Assembly: GCA_963702205.1 (NCBI GenBank)
Contig: OY969724.1
Coordinates: 1,312,001-1,376,000, forward strand
DNA: 64,000 nt
Direction: 5' to 3'
Origin: an uncultured candidate division Zixibacteria bacterium
Lineage (GTDB): Bacteria; Zixibacteria; MSB-5A5; GN15; PGXB01
In this document: piece by piece, positions 1 through 9,593 of the stretch
Layout: the number at the start of each line of letters is the position of its first letter
How positions within the stretch are numbered: position 1 is the first letter of the stretch
Notes under the pieces: generated by a model
The model's database searches: none
What the model was told of the DNA's origin: nothing
The model's input: only the letters and a program-made list of their open reading frames with translations
Program-made: the position numbers and the translations under genes

Positions 1-628
1 CTTTATTGCGCAGGAAGTCAACAAAGGCGGAATTGTCATAATTATATATGTTTTCAAGAACGTCCTGACGGCCATAACCGTCGAGGATTATATAGTAAAT
101 GTCCCGTTCCGGGGTACCGGACGGTGCCGATAGATAAGTATAATCGTGTTTGCTGGACTCCGCAACGTGCGACCCGGGCGTTGTGACAATCCGCGTGACC
201 TGCATGAGTACCAGCACGACACCCAGGATAGCCAGCATTTTTATCGGGGTTGAAAGATCTTTTTTTATGCGCCATATTACCGCCGCTGCCGCCAGCGCCA
301 GAACCAGCCCGGCCGGAAGGAGGATCCTGTCCGCCCGTGACAAAATGCCCCAGGCGGCATCCGGGTTCCTGCCGAAAAGATTGGCGAAATGACCGTATGA
401 GAAAAATAATATAATCCAGATGGTCATAAGCAGGCCGATTTTGATTCCGTTCCTGAAGATAAGCCTCATCGCGACGGTCAGGATGACGGCGGCCAGTGCC
501 GTAAATACAAGCGGCCAGAACATATCGCCGATTTTCATTTCGTGCACGTTTTGCGCGTACAAAAAGAGCACGGGGAAAACGGCGTAAAGGGCGGGCGTGA
601 CCAGCCAGAGCGATTTGTTTGGTTTCAT
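1..628 (-). CDS. Membrane-anchored sulfatase/alkaline-phosphatase superfamily protein, 3' end runs off the window (absent from the ORF track)
   Basis: Manual translation from ATG at 628 (ATGA overlap with the upstream gene's stop) gives MKPNKSLWLVTPALYAVFPVLFLYAQN..., several hydrophobic segments, then ERDIYYIILDGYGRQDVL, resembling the first metal-binding strand of sulfatase-like domains. The frame stays open to the window edge. Confidence 0.72.
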   Translation of the reverse strand, partial: MKPNKSLWLVTPALYAVFPVLFLYAQNVHEMKIGDMFWPLVFTALAAVILTVAMRLIFRNGIKIGLLMTIWIILFFSYGHFANLFGRNPDAAWGILSRADRILLPAGLVLALAAAAVIWRIKKDLSTPIKMLAILGVVLVLMQVTRIVTTPGSHVAESSKHDYTYLSAPSGTPERDIYYIILDGYGRQDVLENIYNYDNSAFVDFLRNK

Positions 629-2010
629 GACCGTTTCAGCATCAGATGTATCGATCTGGCGGTATTATCGATAGGTTCCGATTCCTTAATTTCGAAATAT
701 TTTTCAAAGGCCTTACGAAAGCCATCATAATCATAATTAACAAAAATGTCTTCGCGTGAAGACAGCATCTGTTTTACCTGCGAATCCTCTTTTGGGACGA
801 ATTCGATTATAAGTTTGTTGCAGATTACAGCGAAAAATTTAGCCGCCTGATCCAGAGGTACATTGTTGCCGATGGCGAGGTGGTGGATCAACGCCAGGGC
901 CAGAACCGTGTCGGTCGGTCCGCGATCGCTGAACGACAATCGTTCCCGGTTTTCCCAGCCCGTCCCGCCGCTCGGATTGAAAATCTCCATAACCAGAGGG
1001 AGAAGATATCGTTCGTCGTCTTTGCGCGCATTGCGATAGCTGATCTCGACGGCAGCATAGTCCTGGTCAAAGGTGACCGTCGGAATGTTTAATTTCGAGG
1101 CCAGCCTGCTGAAAACTCCCGTATTGGCCCCCAAGTCCCAGACTTCGGTCGGCTTAATGGCTTTTAGAAATTTGTCGACGATATTCAGTTTGCGGTCAAA
1201 TGACGGCTTGCTGTAATTGTTGTCATCATAATAATCGGACCAAAGTGAATGAGACGGCTCCCATTTGAGACCGCCGATAGCTGATTGAAGGTTGCCGATT
1301 ACGGATGTCAGGGCAGTTTTTGACATTTTGCGGTTTTTTATATCCGGTTCACGACCGGCCGCCCTTTTAAGAGTGCGCGCATGCAGGTGGATATTGGCCA
1401 GAAGCGGGAATGAAAACCTGGTTCGTTTGGGCAGCAGTTTGGCCGCCAGGTCCAGCGGGATGCCGTCGATATAATTCTCCAGAAGCCATCCCAGACGGAC
1501 GTCGGTGTGCGCCATCAAAGCCAGCGGCGCCAAAAAGTGTTGGCAAAACTGACGGTAGGCAATCCACGGCCGCCCCTCGACGTATTTTTCAAACGACAGA
1601 GTGTCGATCAATATTGGCCGGCACCCTTTGAACTGGACGTTAAAAGCGCTGGCGTCTTTGAGGCTCATGCCGTGTTCAAGAGCGATTTTCTGAATTTTAA
1701 GCGTCAGGGTCGCGGCGTCCTTGAGTTGACCGAAACACCATTCATAGGGGTACGATATGAAGGGAATCCTTTCCGGCTTCATAACCAGAAAGGCCGCTTC
1801 GGGATCGGGAGGGTCGATATTCGTGGTTTCGTGGGATATAAGTAAACCGTCGGAAGTAAGGCGTTCATATAGCCCCGATTTCATCAACACATCATAATTA
1901 TCGCGATAGCTTTTATTTATCTGGCGGTATATCTGTCCGCCGCTTTTGAATATAAAGCCGGACGGATCACGAAACGACCCGAACGTTCCGGCCGGTTTGT
2001 CTTCACCCAT
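625..2010 (-). CDS. Class I SAM-dependent methyltransferase, NoeA-like, with a long N-terminal domain
   Basis: 461 aa; N-terminal GSFRDPSG, FISYPYEW and LKDASAFN motifs; SAM motif VWDLGANTG and ALALIHHL. Confidence 0.8.
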   Translation of the reverse strand: MGEDKPAGTFGSFRDPSGFIFKSGGQIYRQINKSYRDNYDVLMKSGLYERLTSDGLLISHETTNIDPPDPEAAFLVMKPERIPFISYPYEWCFGQLKDAATLTLKIQKIALEHGMSLKDASAFNVQFKGCRPILIDTLSFEKYVEGRPWIAYRQFCQHFLAPLALMAHTDVRLGWLLENYIDGIPLDLAAKLLPKRTRFSFPLLANIHLHARTLKRAAGREPDIKNRKMSKTALTSVIGNLQSAIGGLKWEPSHSLWSDYYDDNNYSKPSFDRKLNIVDKFLKAIKPTEVWDLGANTGVFSRLASKLNIPTVTFDQDYAAVEISYRNARKDDERYLLPLVMEIFNPSGGTGWENRERLSFSDRGPTDTVLALALIHHLAIGNNVPLDQAAKFFAVICNKLIIEFVPKEDSQVKQMLSSREDIFVNYDYDGFRKAFEKYFEIKESEPIDNTARSIHLMLKRS

Positions 2011-2254
2011 TTTTGGCGTCGTCCTTACGGTCAGGATTTCTGAACATGCCGGTTATTCGACGCCAGAACATCTTGATCGAAAAGACTACGCCCAACAACC
2101 CGGCCAGAATAAATTGGAAAAAGTACGACCCGGATGAGGGATCGATATAAGCCTGTGCGGCACTACTGAAAAACATGACCAGTAGCGGCGTCAGGCATAA
2201 TATAAACAGTGCTCTCGTGAGGATCGAGCGGAATTTATCGGAACGGTTCATCAC
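2003..2254 (-). CDS. Small membrane protein with AQA-YIDPSSGS motif
   Basis: 83 aa; signal-like helix ending AQA, then YIDPSSGS and a second hydrophobic helix; overlaps the methyltransferase start. Confidence 0.7.
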   Translation of the reverse strand: MMNRSDKFRSILTRALFILCLTPLLVMFFSSAAQAYIDPSSGSYFFQFILAGLLGVVFSIKMFWRRITGMFRNPDRKDDAKNG

Positions 2255-2321
2255 CCCTTGGTGTCCTTTCTATGGTTCTTTACGTCGGGATAGGGATAAT
2301 TGTTCATTTTAATTTGCGGGG

Positions 2322-3449
2322 TCAGCCGCCCAGCGCTTTTCGGGTGAACTTTCCTTTCAGCTCAGGAATCACAAAGACGCCGTCTTTTCGGATAAGCCGC
2401 CCGTCAAACCATATCTCCCCGCCGCCGTGGTCTTTTCGTTGGATCTGGACCAGGTCCCAGTGAATGGCCGATGTGTTGCCGTTGGGGGCGTCGTCGTACG
2501 ATTTCCCGGGCGTGAAGTGGAAAGAGCCGTCGATTTTTTCATCGAACAGCGTGTCTTTCATCGGTTCCTTTATCATGGGATTGACACCCAGGGCGAATTC
2601 GCCGACGTACCGGGCGCCGGGGTCGGTGTCGAAAATTTTGTTCAGTTTCTTGTTTTCGCCTTTGCACGTGGCCCTGGCTATTTTCCCGTTCTTGAATTCC
2701 AGCCGGATGTCTTCGTAGACGTTGCCTTCATACAAAGACGGGGTATTATACGTGATATACCCATTGACCGAATTCTTGACCGGGGCGGTGAAAACTTCGC
2801 CGTCCGGGATATTGAATTTACCATCGCACTTGATGACGTTGATCCCCTTGATGCTGAATTGCAAATCGGTGCCGGGGCTTTTTATATGTACTTTATCCGT
2901 CTTTTTCATCAGTCTGGCCAGCGGGTCCATCGCTTTGGACATCTTGGCGTAATCGATACAGCAGACGTCGTAATAAAAATCTTCGAAAGTCTGCTGAGGC
3001 TGCTGAGCCAGCTGGGCCATGGCATTGTTGGGAAATCGCATCGCCACCCAACGGGTGTTCCTGGTGATGATATCCAGCATGACCGGCTTGGCGTAGAGTT
3101 TTTTATATGACCGCATGGTTTTGGGAGGCACGTCGTTCAAGTCGAATAGGTTTTCGGCGCCGTTGATGCTGATATAGCAGTCAGTCTTTTTAGCCATGCT
3201 TTTCATAAAGGCGGCATAGACTTTGATCTGATCTTCTTTCGTATGCTGCAAAAACTGCCGTGTCAGGGAATCATCGCTATAATGATAAAAAGGCACCCCT
3301 CCGGCCTGAGTGACTTTTCGTATGAGCACTTTAGCCAGTTCAAGCGAGGGAATGCCCCGGACAGAAATATGTACCAGATCGCCTTTTTTTACGGCACAGG
3401 AATAATTGACAAGTATATCGGCCAGTTTTTCGTTGCGGGGATCAATCAT
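2322..3449 (-). CDS. Aminopeptidase, M29 (AmpS/AmpT) family
   Basis: 375 aa; NIPDGEVFTAP, GEFALGVN, LFDEKIDGSFH and SAIHWDLV motifs; GGAGG RBS. Confidence 0.92.
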   Translation of the reverse strand: MIDPRNEKLADILVNYSCAVKKGDLVHISVRGIPSLELAKVLIRKVTQAGGVPFYHYSDDSLTRQFLQHTKEDQIKVYAAFMKSMAKKTDCYISINGAENLFDLNDVPPKTMRSYKKLYAKPVMLDIITRNTRWVAMRFPNNAMAQLAQQPQQTFEDFYYDVCCIDYAKMSKAMDPLARLMKKTDKVHIKSPGTDLQFSIKGINVIKCDGKFNIPDGEVFTAPVKNSVNGYITYNTPSLYEGNVYEDIRLEFKNGKIARATCKGENKKLNKIFDTDPGARYVGEFALGVNPMIKEPMKDTLFDEKIDGSFHFTPGKSYDDAPNGNTSAIHWDLVQIQRKDHGGGEIWFDGRLIRKDGVFVIPELKGKFTRKALGG

Positions 3450-3559
3450 TTTGCCTCCTTCGGCGGGCCAGTTCCGCCGGATAGTTTATACGATATTTTG
3501 AGCATAATATCGTACGAAGCCGCGCTTGTCAATACTTCGCAGCCGGTACTAAAGATTAT

Positions 3560-4462
3560 TCACGATGACGATACGATATAATCGTCCAGGACTTTGCGAA
3601 AGGCACGAATATGGTCCGGGGTGGTGCCGCAGCATCCGCCGACGATGCCGACGCCTAACTCCAGTAGTTTCGGCAGCTTGCCCGACATGTACTCCGGCGT
3701 TTCAGGAAATACAAGATGACCGTCACGCATCGACGGCAGACCGGCGTTGGGCTGCATAATCAGGGGTAATTTGGTATGCTTTTTGAATTCGTTGGCTATC
3801 TCAATCATGCTGTCGATACCACACCCGCAGTTCGAGCCGAGCAAATTAGCCCCGGCCGCAGTCAGGTCCCGCGCGGATTGCTCTATTGAGGCACCCATCG
3901 TGGTATAATAGCCTTTTGGCGTCTTTTCGAATGTCATGGTGGCGGCAAGCGGGATAGTACTACTCTGATCCCGGGCGGCTTTTACCGCCAGGCGGGCTTC
4001 GCTGACATCGGTCATGGTTTCCACGGCCAGCATGTCGACCCCGGCGGCCAACAGTATCTTAATTTGTCTGTAAAAGCTGTCGTACATCTGCGACGGGTCA
4101 ATGTCACCGTACGGTTCAAGCATACCGCCCGACGGTCCGACCGATGCCGTCAGTACAGCTTTGTCTCCTGTTGCAAGGCGCGCCCAACGGACGGCATTCT
4201 CATTGATTTCTTCATATTTATTTCCAAGCCCGAACTGAGCCAGTCTCAAAGGTGAGCCACCGAAAGTATTGGTGAGGATTAAATCCGCCCCGGCGTCGAG
4301 ATAGGACCGGGCGATGTCTTCGATAGTTTCGGGTTCGTCGAGATTGAGCCGCTCGGGGCATTCTCCGGCCCGAACACCGCGCTTGAAAAGCATCGTGCCC
4401 ATTGCTCCGTCACAGAGCAATCTTTCGCCCCGGGCGAGGCGGACTAAAACGTCAGCGCTCAT
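3560..4462 (-). CDS. Homocysteine S-methyltransferase domain protein (stand-alone MetH N-terminal module)
   Basis: DGAMGTML, TNTFG, GSNC, PNAGLP and GGCCGTTP Zn-ligand motifs; start placed at ATG 4462 behind GGAG. Confidence 0.9.
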   Translation of the reverse strand: MSADVLVRLARGERLLCDGAMGTMLFKRGVRAGECPERLNLDEPETIEDIARSYLDAGADLILTNTFGGSPLRLAQFGLGNKYEEINENAVRWARLATGDKAVLTASVGPSGGMLEPYGDIDPSQMYDSFYRQIKILLAAGVDMLAVETMTDVSEARLAVKAARDQSSTIPLAATMTFEKTPKGYYTTMGASIEQSARDLTAAGANLLGSNCGCGIDSMIEIANEFKKHTKLPLIMQPNAGLPSMRDGHLVFPETPEYMSGKLPKLLELGVGIVGGCCGTTPDHIRAFRKVLDDYIVSSS

Positions 4463-4633
4463 TTTCTCCAAACCCCGGCTTTTGGTTTCCTGACAGGTTC
4501 CGGCCGCAAAGGCCGATTTCCAAATTCAAATTAATATATTGTAAGGAAATTGGCAAGATTTCATAAAAATGAACGCCTGATTGATGAGTGTAACTTATTG
4601 TCTATTGGCGTATTGCGATTTTTTTAAAGAAAT

Positions 4634-4694
4634 ACTAAACAATTAGTTGCGGAAATCGTAGGAATGTGTATATTGCAACAACTAAACAATTAGT
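4634..4694 (+). promoter_or_regulatory. Two identical operators ACTAAACAATTAGT flanking a sigma70-like promoter of the blaI-like gene
   Basis: 14-bp dyad (ACTAA-N4-TTAGT) at 4634-4647 and 4681-4694; TTGCGG-N16-TATATT lies between them. Confidence 0.75.
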
Positions 4695-4711
4695 AGATAG
4701 AGGGATTTAAT

Positions 4712-5098
4712 ATGGCCCGTAAACCAACCCCAACCTTGACCGAAGCTGAACTGAAGGTTATGGACGTCGTCTGGGACCTCGGCACTGCCTCGGTCAATGA
4801 AGTGCTCGATAATTTTCCGGATCGCGATAAGCCCGCCTATAATACGATACTTACCATAATGCGCATACTGGAAGACAAGGGCTATCTCGAACATCGCAAG
4901 AACGGTCGAGCCTTTATATATAAGCCGCTGGTCGACCGTATGCACGCCCGGCGCAAAGCGGTTCGGCATCTGGTACGGAGCTTTTTCGAAAATTCCCCTG
5001 AGCTCTTGATGCTTAATATCATAAACGACGAAAAGCTGACGCCGGAAGAGTTGCAGCGTCTCAAGAAAATGATCACCGACAGCGAGGAGGATAAATAA
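4712..5098 (+). CDS. BlaI/MecI/CopY family transcriptional repressor
   Basis: 128 aa; LTEAELKVMDVVW, AYNTILTIMRILEDKG and GRAFIYKP winged-helix motifs. Confidence 0.93.
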   Translation: MARKPTPTLTEAELKVMDVVWDLGTASVNEVLDNFPDRDKPAYNTILTIMRILEDKGYLEHRKNGRAFIYKPLVDRMHARRKAVRHLVRSFFENSPELLMLNIINDEKLTPEELQRLKKMITDSEEDK

Positions 5099-5099
5099 G

Positions 5100-8000
5100 A
5101 TGGAATATTATTTCAATCAATTCAGCCAATTCGCACACGGATTTGTCGGTCAGACGGCACAAACTCTGATTCCGGCGATATTATTGACGCTGGCCGTGGC
5201 CGCCGCGCTGCACGTTCTTAGGTCGGTCGATTCCGCCGCTCGTTATAAATTGTGGTTGGCCGTCATGGCGACGGTCATAATCATGCCGCTGGCCGCGACG
5301 ATGGGCCCGCTCGATTTCAGTATATCCAATTTTTTCGATAAAATCGCAGCGACCCAAAATCAACCGATACACGAGACGGCGCCGCGAACCACTGTGAGTG
5401 AAAGGCCGGTTGTGGCAAAACTCACGGATAGTCAAAATAACGATGCACCTGTGGAAATGGCGGCTTTGCCTGAAGCAAATAACACGACTCCGATGGTTGA
5501 AAACACTGTACGTCAGAACCAGACACCAGGTGTTGCATCACACACCGAGTATATTCCATTGCATAAGCCTGTGAAAAATAACTACTCCTATTCTCAGATA
5601 ATACTCGAAGGGTTCCCGATGATTGCGGTCATAATCTGGATGTTCGTCTTCCTGGTGTTGACGTTTCGTCTCGTTCTCGGATATCGTGGATTGAAAGGTC
5701 TAAAAGCATCGATATTGCCGTTGCCTCAATTGCAGATGGAACGGATAGATCGCCTGACAAAAGGCCTGAGGTTTAAGCGCAAGATGACGATGGGCCAGTC
5801 CGATCAAATCAATGTCCCGGTTTCAGCGGGATTTTTTCACTCGATGGTGATTATTCCCACGGGCCTCGCGGAAAAGCTCGATGACCGTGAACTGCAGTCG
5901 ATTGTAGTGCACGAGATGACCCACCTTGAGCGGCACGATGACTGGATGAAACTGATACAGAAATTTCTTACGGCCTTGTTCTTCTACAATCCCGCCATTC
6001 TCTGGATCGGTCGGCGGCTTGATCTGGAGCGGGAACTCGCCTGTGATGCCAGAGTGCTGGCAATTATGGACCAGCCCCAGGTTTATGCCCGATGTCTGAC
6101 GAAAATGATTCAAAGAACAATTGTCCCGGTCGAACCAACTCTTGTGACCGGCGCGATATTGTCCAAAAAGCAGATTTTCCGCAGAATAGATATGATATTG
6201 AACCGTAAACTGAATTCAAGGCCGATACCTTTCGGAAAATTCGCGGGACTGGTTGTCTCAATATTAGTCATAGCGATGGTCGCTTTCTATACCGCACCGG
6301 CTCTGGCGTGGCCGTACCATCCATTTAAATTCTCCGTAATTGCTGATTTTGTCAAAGAGAAGTCGGATTCATCGACAGCGACCATTTTCCATTCCGAAAA
6401 GAACGACAAATGGCAACGCGTATCATTGCCCAAAACGCCCTATATATATGATATCGATGAAAATACCCAGCAGGTTCTCGATACCGAAAAGCTGGAAAAA
6501 CAGCTCGATGCGGCCTTGAAGGCGGCCGAACTTGACGCACCGGATGTGCCAAATGTCAAAGATCCGAAAATTGCCGTTCCGGATATCGATATCAAACCAA
6601 TAGAACCTCTTGCTCCAGAAGCCGAAAGGGAGTCGAAATCGGAAACTCGCTTCAGAAGGTCCGATGATTATGTAATCGACAGTCCTAATGCTGACGACGG
6701 CAAAGATTCTGTCGGTGGCGATGATGGCGAGGCGTATTTGAGACAACTTTCTAAGGCCGACGCCAAATACGCCGAAGCGTACGGCGAAGCAATGCAGGAC
6801 TATTATGCCGACAAGGCGGAATCTGCCCGCGATCAGGAGGAAAGTGCCGCGGAAGCCCGGAGAGCCTACGCCGAAGCGTCGGCCAGTGCCGACCGTGTCT
6901 CCGGCATTGGAAACGCCATCGGGCGTGCAGTCAAAGACGTGGAAAATATGTTCAATGCGACTGACGGTGATCATTATAGCATGATCCATCATGACGACGA
7001 CGGATCGGTTGCATACGACTGGCAGAATGGTGCCGACAAGACGCGGGTCGAAATCGAGGGCGAGCTCAAAATGAATGATGATTGTGATGAAATCGTCCAG
7101 ATGTCCGACGACGCCAGAGTTCAAATATATGAAAAAAAGGATGGTGTAAGGCGCGAACTTAAAATCATACCGAACGCCGACGGCACCCCTTCGTACGCGT
7201 ACCGTTATAGCGGGAAAAAACAGGACTTCGATGACAATGCTCGTGAATGGTACCGTCAGGTCATGCTCGATTGTGTCCGAAAGGCCGGATTCAATGCCGC
7301 CGAAAGAGCCGAGAAGATTTATAATAAAGACGGCATTGACGGTGTTTTAAAAGAGCTTAATGAGGTTGAAAGCGATTATGTAAGCCGCCTCTATCTCAGT
7401 CATTTAATACAGAATTTTGATTTAAAGGATGCCGAACTGGGCCAGATTATAAAATACATCACGCGAAACCTCGATTCCGATTATGAAAAGGCTGAAATTT
7501 TGCTGAGCATCGCCGACGTGCAAAAAGATGAAAAATTCCTGCTCGATGATTTCGTGATGGCGGCCAAATCGCTTTCCTCGGATTACGAGCGGGGGCGGGT
7601 GCTGTCCCGACTGAGCCTGGATTCCAATGTCTCGAACGGTGTCCTTATCGGCGTTCTTGAAATCGCCGAGTCGATGGATTCTGATTACGAGCGGGCCAAG
7701 CTCCTCAGCCAGTTGTCCGACCTTCAGCGCGATGATCCGGAATTTCGTTATGCTCTGATTCGGGCAATCGAAACGATCAGTTCCGATTATGAGCGAAGCC
7801 GGGTGCTTCAACAACTGCTTTCTGAAAGGCAGCCCAATAAAGCGATTGCATCCGACGTCTTAAAACTGGTCGGCGATATGTCTTCGGATTACGAGAAATC
7901 AAAACTGCTGATATATTTGGCCGGTCATTCGGCGCGCGACCAGAATCTTTTCCGGGCGTACCTGTCCGTAATCGAATCCATGTCCTCGAATTATGAAATC

Positions 8001-8459
8001 AGAAGATCATTGATGGCGTTGGGTCCGTTTTATGACATGGACGATTCCACCCTGTTGAACGTCCTTAACATTACCGACCGAATCAGCTCCGATTACGAAC
8101 GCTCGCAGATTCTTAAAGATATGGTCAGTGAAGTGAATCGCAGCCCACAGGTTCGTAAGGCGTTGTTGAATTCGGTCGACGACATAAGATCTGACTATGA
8201 ATCATCCAGAATATTGCAAGATATAATCGACAAGCTCAGCTTCGATGATGAAGACGCCGCCCGGGATATTTTAGCCCAGGCGGAGCAGATATCGTCGGAT
8301 TACGAAAAGGCACAGGTTTTGAGCGATTTGATTCCCAATCTCAGGGGCAAAGACAAGCTCGAAAATGACCTGGCCGACGTAATCGAAACGATAAGCTCCG
8401 ATTACGAACGCGACAGACTTTATGCGGAATTATACAGAAAGACACGGGGAAAACGATAA
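5100..8459 (+). CDS. BlaR1/MecR1-type M56 metallopeptidase signal transducer with a large C-terminal repeat domain
   Basis: 1119 aa; N-terminal TM helices, HEMTH Zn motif, FFYNP and ERELACD motifs; starts 1 nt after the blaI stop. Confidence 0.9.
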   Translation: MEYYFNQFSQFAHGFVGQTAQTLIPAILLTLAVAAALHVLRSVDSAARYKLWLAVMATVIIMPLAATMGPLDFSISNFFDKIAATQNQPIHETAPRTTVSERPVVAKLTDSQNNDAPVEMAALPEANNTTPMVENTVRQNQTPGVASHTEYIPLHKPVKNNYSYSQIILEGFPMIAVIIWMFVFLVLTFRLVLGYRGLKGLKASILPLPQLQMERIDRLTKGLRFKRKMTMGQSDQINVPVSAGFFHSMVIIPTGLAEKLDDRELQSIVVHEMTHLERHDDWMKLIQKFLTALFFYNPAILWIGRRLDLERELACDARVLAIMDQPQVYARCLTKMIQRTIVPVEPTLVTGAILSKKQIFRRIDMILNRKLNSRPIPFGKFAGLVVSILVIAMVAFYTAPALAWPYHPFKFSVIADFVKEKSDSSTATIFHSEKNDKWQRVSLPKTPYIYDIDENTQQVLDTEKLEKQLDAALKAAELDAPDVPNVKDPKIAVPDIDIKPIEPLAPEAERESKSETRFRRSDDYVIDSPNADDGKDSVGGDDGEAYLRQLSKADAKYAEAYGEAMQDYYADKAESARDQEESAAEARRAYAEASASADRVSGIGNAIGRAVKDVENMFNATDGDHYSMIHHDDDGSVAYDWQNGADKTRVEIEGELKMNDDCDEIVQMSDDARVQIYEKKDGVRRELKIIPNADGTPSYAYRYSGKKQDFDDNAREWYRQVMLDCVRKAGFNAAERAEKIYNKDGIDGVLKELNEVESDYVSRLYLSHLIQNFDLKDAELGQIIKYITRNLDSDYEKAEILLSIADVQKDEKFLLDDFVMAAKSLSSDYERGRVLSRLSLDSNVSNGVLIGVLEIAESMDSDYERAKLLSQLSDLQRDDPEFRYALIRAIETISSDYERSRVLQQLLSERQPNKAIASDVLKLVGDMSSDYEKSKLLIYLAGHSARDQNLFRAYLSVIESMSSNYEIRRSLMALGPFYDMDDSTLLNVLNITDRISSDYERSQILKDMVSEVNRSPQVRKALLNSVDDIRSDYESSRILQDIIDKLSFDDEDAARDILAQAEQISSDYEKAQVLSDLIPNLRGKDKLENDLADVIETISSDYERDRLYAELYRKTRGKR
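7371..8420 (+). repeat. 11 protein-level repeats (~34-35 aa) with S-S/D-D-Y-E core
   Basis: ESDYV, DSDYE, SSDYE, DSDYE, SSDYE, SSDYE, SSNYE, SSDYE, RSDYE, SSDYE, SSDYE at regular spacing. Confidence 0.85.
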
Positions 8460-8484
8460 AGAAGAAATCCCTGTACACCCGTGG

Positions 8485-8513
8485 AACCCCGGTTTTCGAC
8501 CGGGGTTTTTTTT
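8485..8513 (+). terminator. Rho-independent terminator of the blaI-M56 operon
   Basis: AACCCCGGT-TTTCG-ACCGGGGTT hairpin followed by a T run. Confidence 0.85.
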
Positions 8514-8577
8514 GCGTTTTTTTGATCTTTTGAAGATTGCCGGTGTTATATCGTCAAAACCAAAACAGAGGTGTGAT

Positions 8578-8949
8578 ATGAAACTCAGCTCGATAACTAT
8601 GGTATATGCGATATTGTTGATCCTCCTGGGACTGATCGGGTTTTTCGCTTTCGGCCGGACCAGTTTTACGGCTTTGATTCCGGCCTTTCTGGGTGTACTG
8701 GTACTTATCGCCGGGTGGCTTGCCCGGGATGAAAAATTGCGGCGCAGCGCCATGCACGCGGCGGCGGCGTTAAGCTTATTGGGATTTCTGGGGGCGGTCA
8801 GCGGGGTGATGCCGACCGTAAAGCTGATAGCGGGAGCGGAAATCGTCCGACCGGCAGCGGCGATAAGTAAAACCATTATGAGCCTGTTGTCGCTGGCTTT
8901 TTTGATACTGTGTGTGAATTCGTTTATACAGGCGAGGCGGAAGACTTGA
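8578..8949 (+). CDS. Small four-helix membrane protein (TMEM14-like)
   Basis: ATG at 8578 behind GAGGTG; TSFTALIPAFLG, AMHAAA and CVNSFIQARR motifs; hydrophobic helices. Confidence 0.7.
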   Translation: MKLSSITMVYAILLILLGLIGFFAFGRTSFTALIPAFLGVLVLIAGWLARDEKLRRSAMHAAAALSLLGFLGAVSGVMPTVKLIAGAEIVRPAAAISKTIMSLLSLAFLILCVNSFIQARRKT

Positions 8950-8968
8950 CATTGTGTCCTGTTGAATG

Positions 8969-9487
8969 TCAGCCCATTGTTGCCTTCAGATTTTCAAGAT
9001 AGCGTTTGACCTCCGCCGGCTTCTTAAATTCGATGAAAGTGTTTCCCTTGAAGTGCTTCTTGATTTTTTCCTCGATTTCTATTTTGTGTCGCCGGTTAAA
9101 CCGCAGAGTAAATTTGAAGAAGATGAAGTCGAATTTCTCCGGGCAGCCGTCGCCCATGTCAGGCCGATTCCGACCGTAATTGAGGATGAGTCGTTTTATT
9201 ACCCGCCACAGGCTTAGAGCGGTCGAATAGTTATGGTACAGGATTGTATCGGCGTACGGCAGCCTCATTTCCAGCGTTCTGACGTAATTACCGTCGATTA
9301 TCCATGTTTCCCCTCTCACCAGATCGGGCTGTAGCGATTCCCAGTACTTATCATTCGGCATAATCCAGCCGGGCTGCCAGTGGAGTTTGTCGAGGTGGAT
9401 GACCGGATAGCCGAGCATTTCACCCAGCTTGATCGCCAGGGTCGATTTGCCGGAGCCGGGATTACCTAATATGAGAATTTTTTTCAT
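8969..9487 (-). CDS. P-loop kinase, adenylate kinase-like / FlaR (topology modulation) family
   Basis: 172 aa; GNPGSGKST, HLDKLHWQPGW, WIIDGNY and RPDMGDGCPE motifs. Confidence 0.85.
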   Translation of the reverse strand: MKKILILGNPGSGKSTLAIKLGEMLGYPVIHLDKLHWQPGWIMPNDKYWESLQPDLVRGETWIIDGNYVRTLEMRLPYADTILYHNYSTALSLWRVIKRLILNYGRNRPDMGDGCPEKFDFIFFKFTLRFNRRHKIEIEEKIKKHFKGNTFIEFKKPAEVKRYLENLKATMG

Positions 9488-9593
9488 CTGCTATTTTTTT
9501 ATTACTAATCATGAAGAATCCTTCAATCTTACATTGAATTATGAAGAATGGCAAATGGTTTGACATTTATTTTGCAAATTCGTTTTTTGTATT

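Noticed and set aside
8422..8577. Upstream extensions in the ORF track (also 10375, 14507, 17707, 24700, 33957, 38876, 42139)
   Set aside because: They cross terminators, promoters or neighbouring genes; downstream ATGs fit RBS position and family N-termini better
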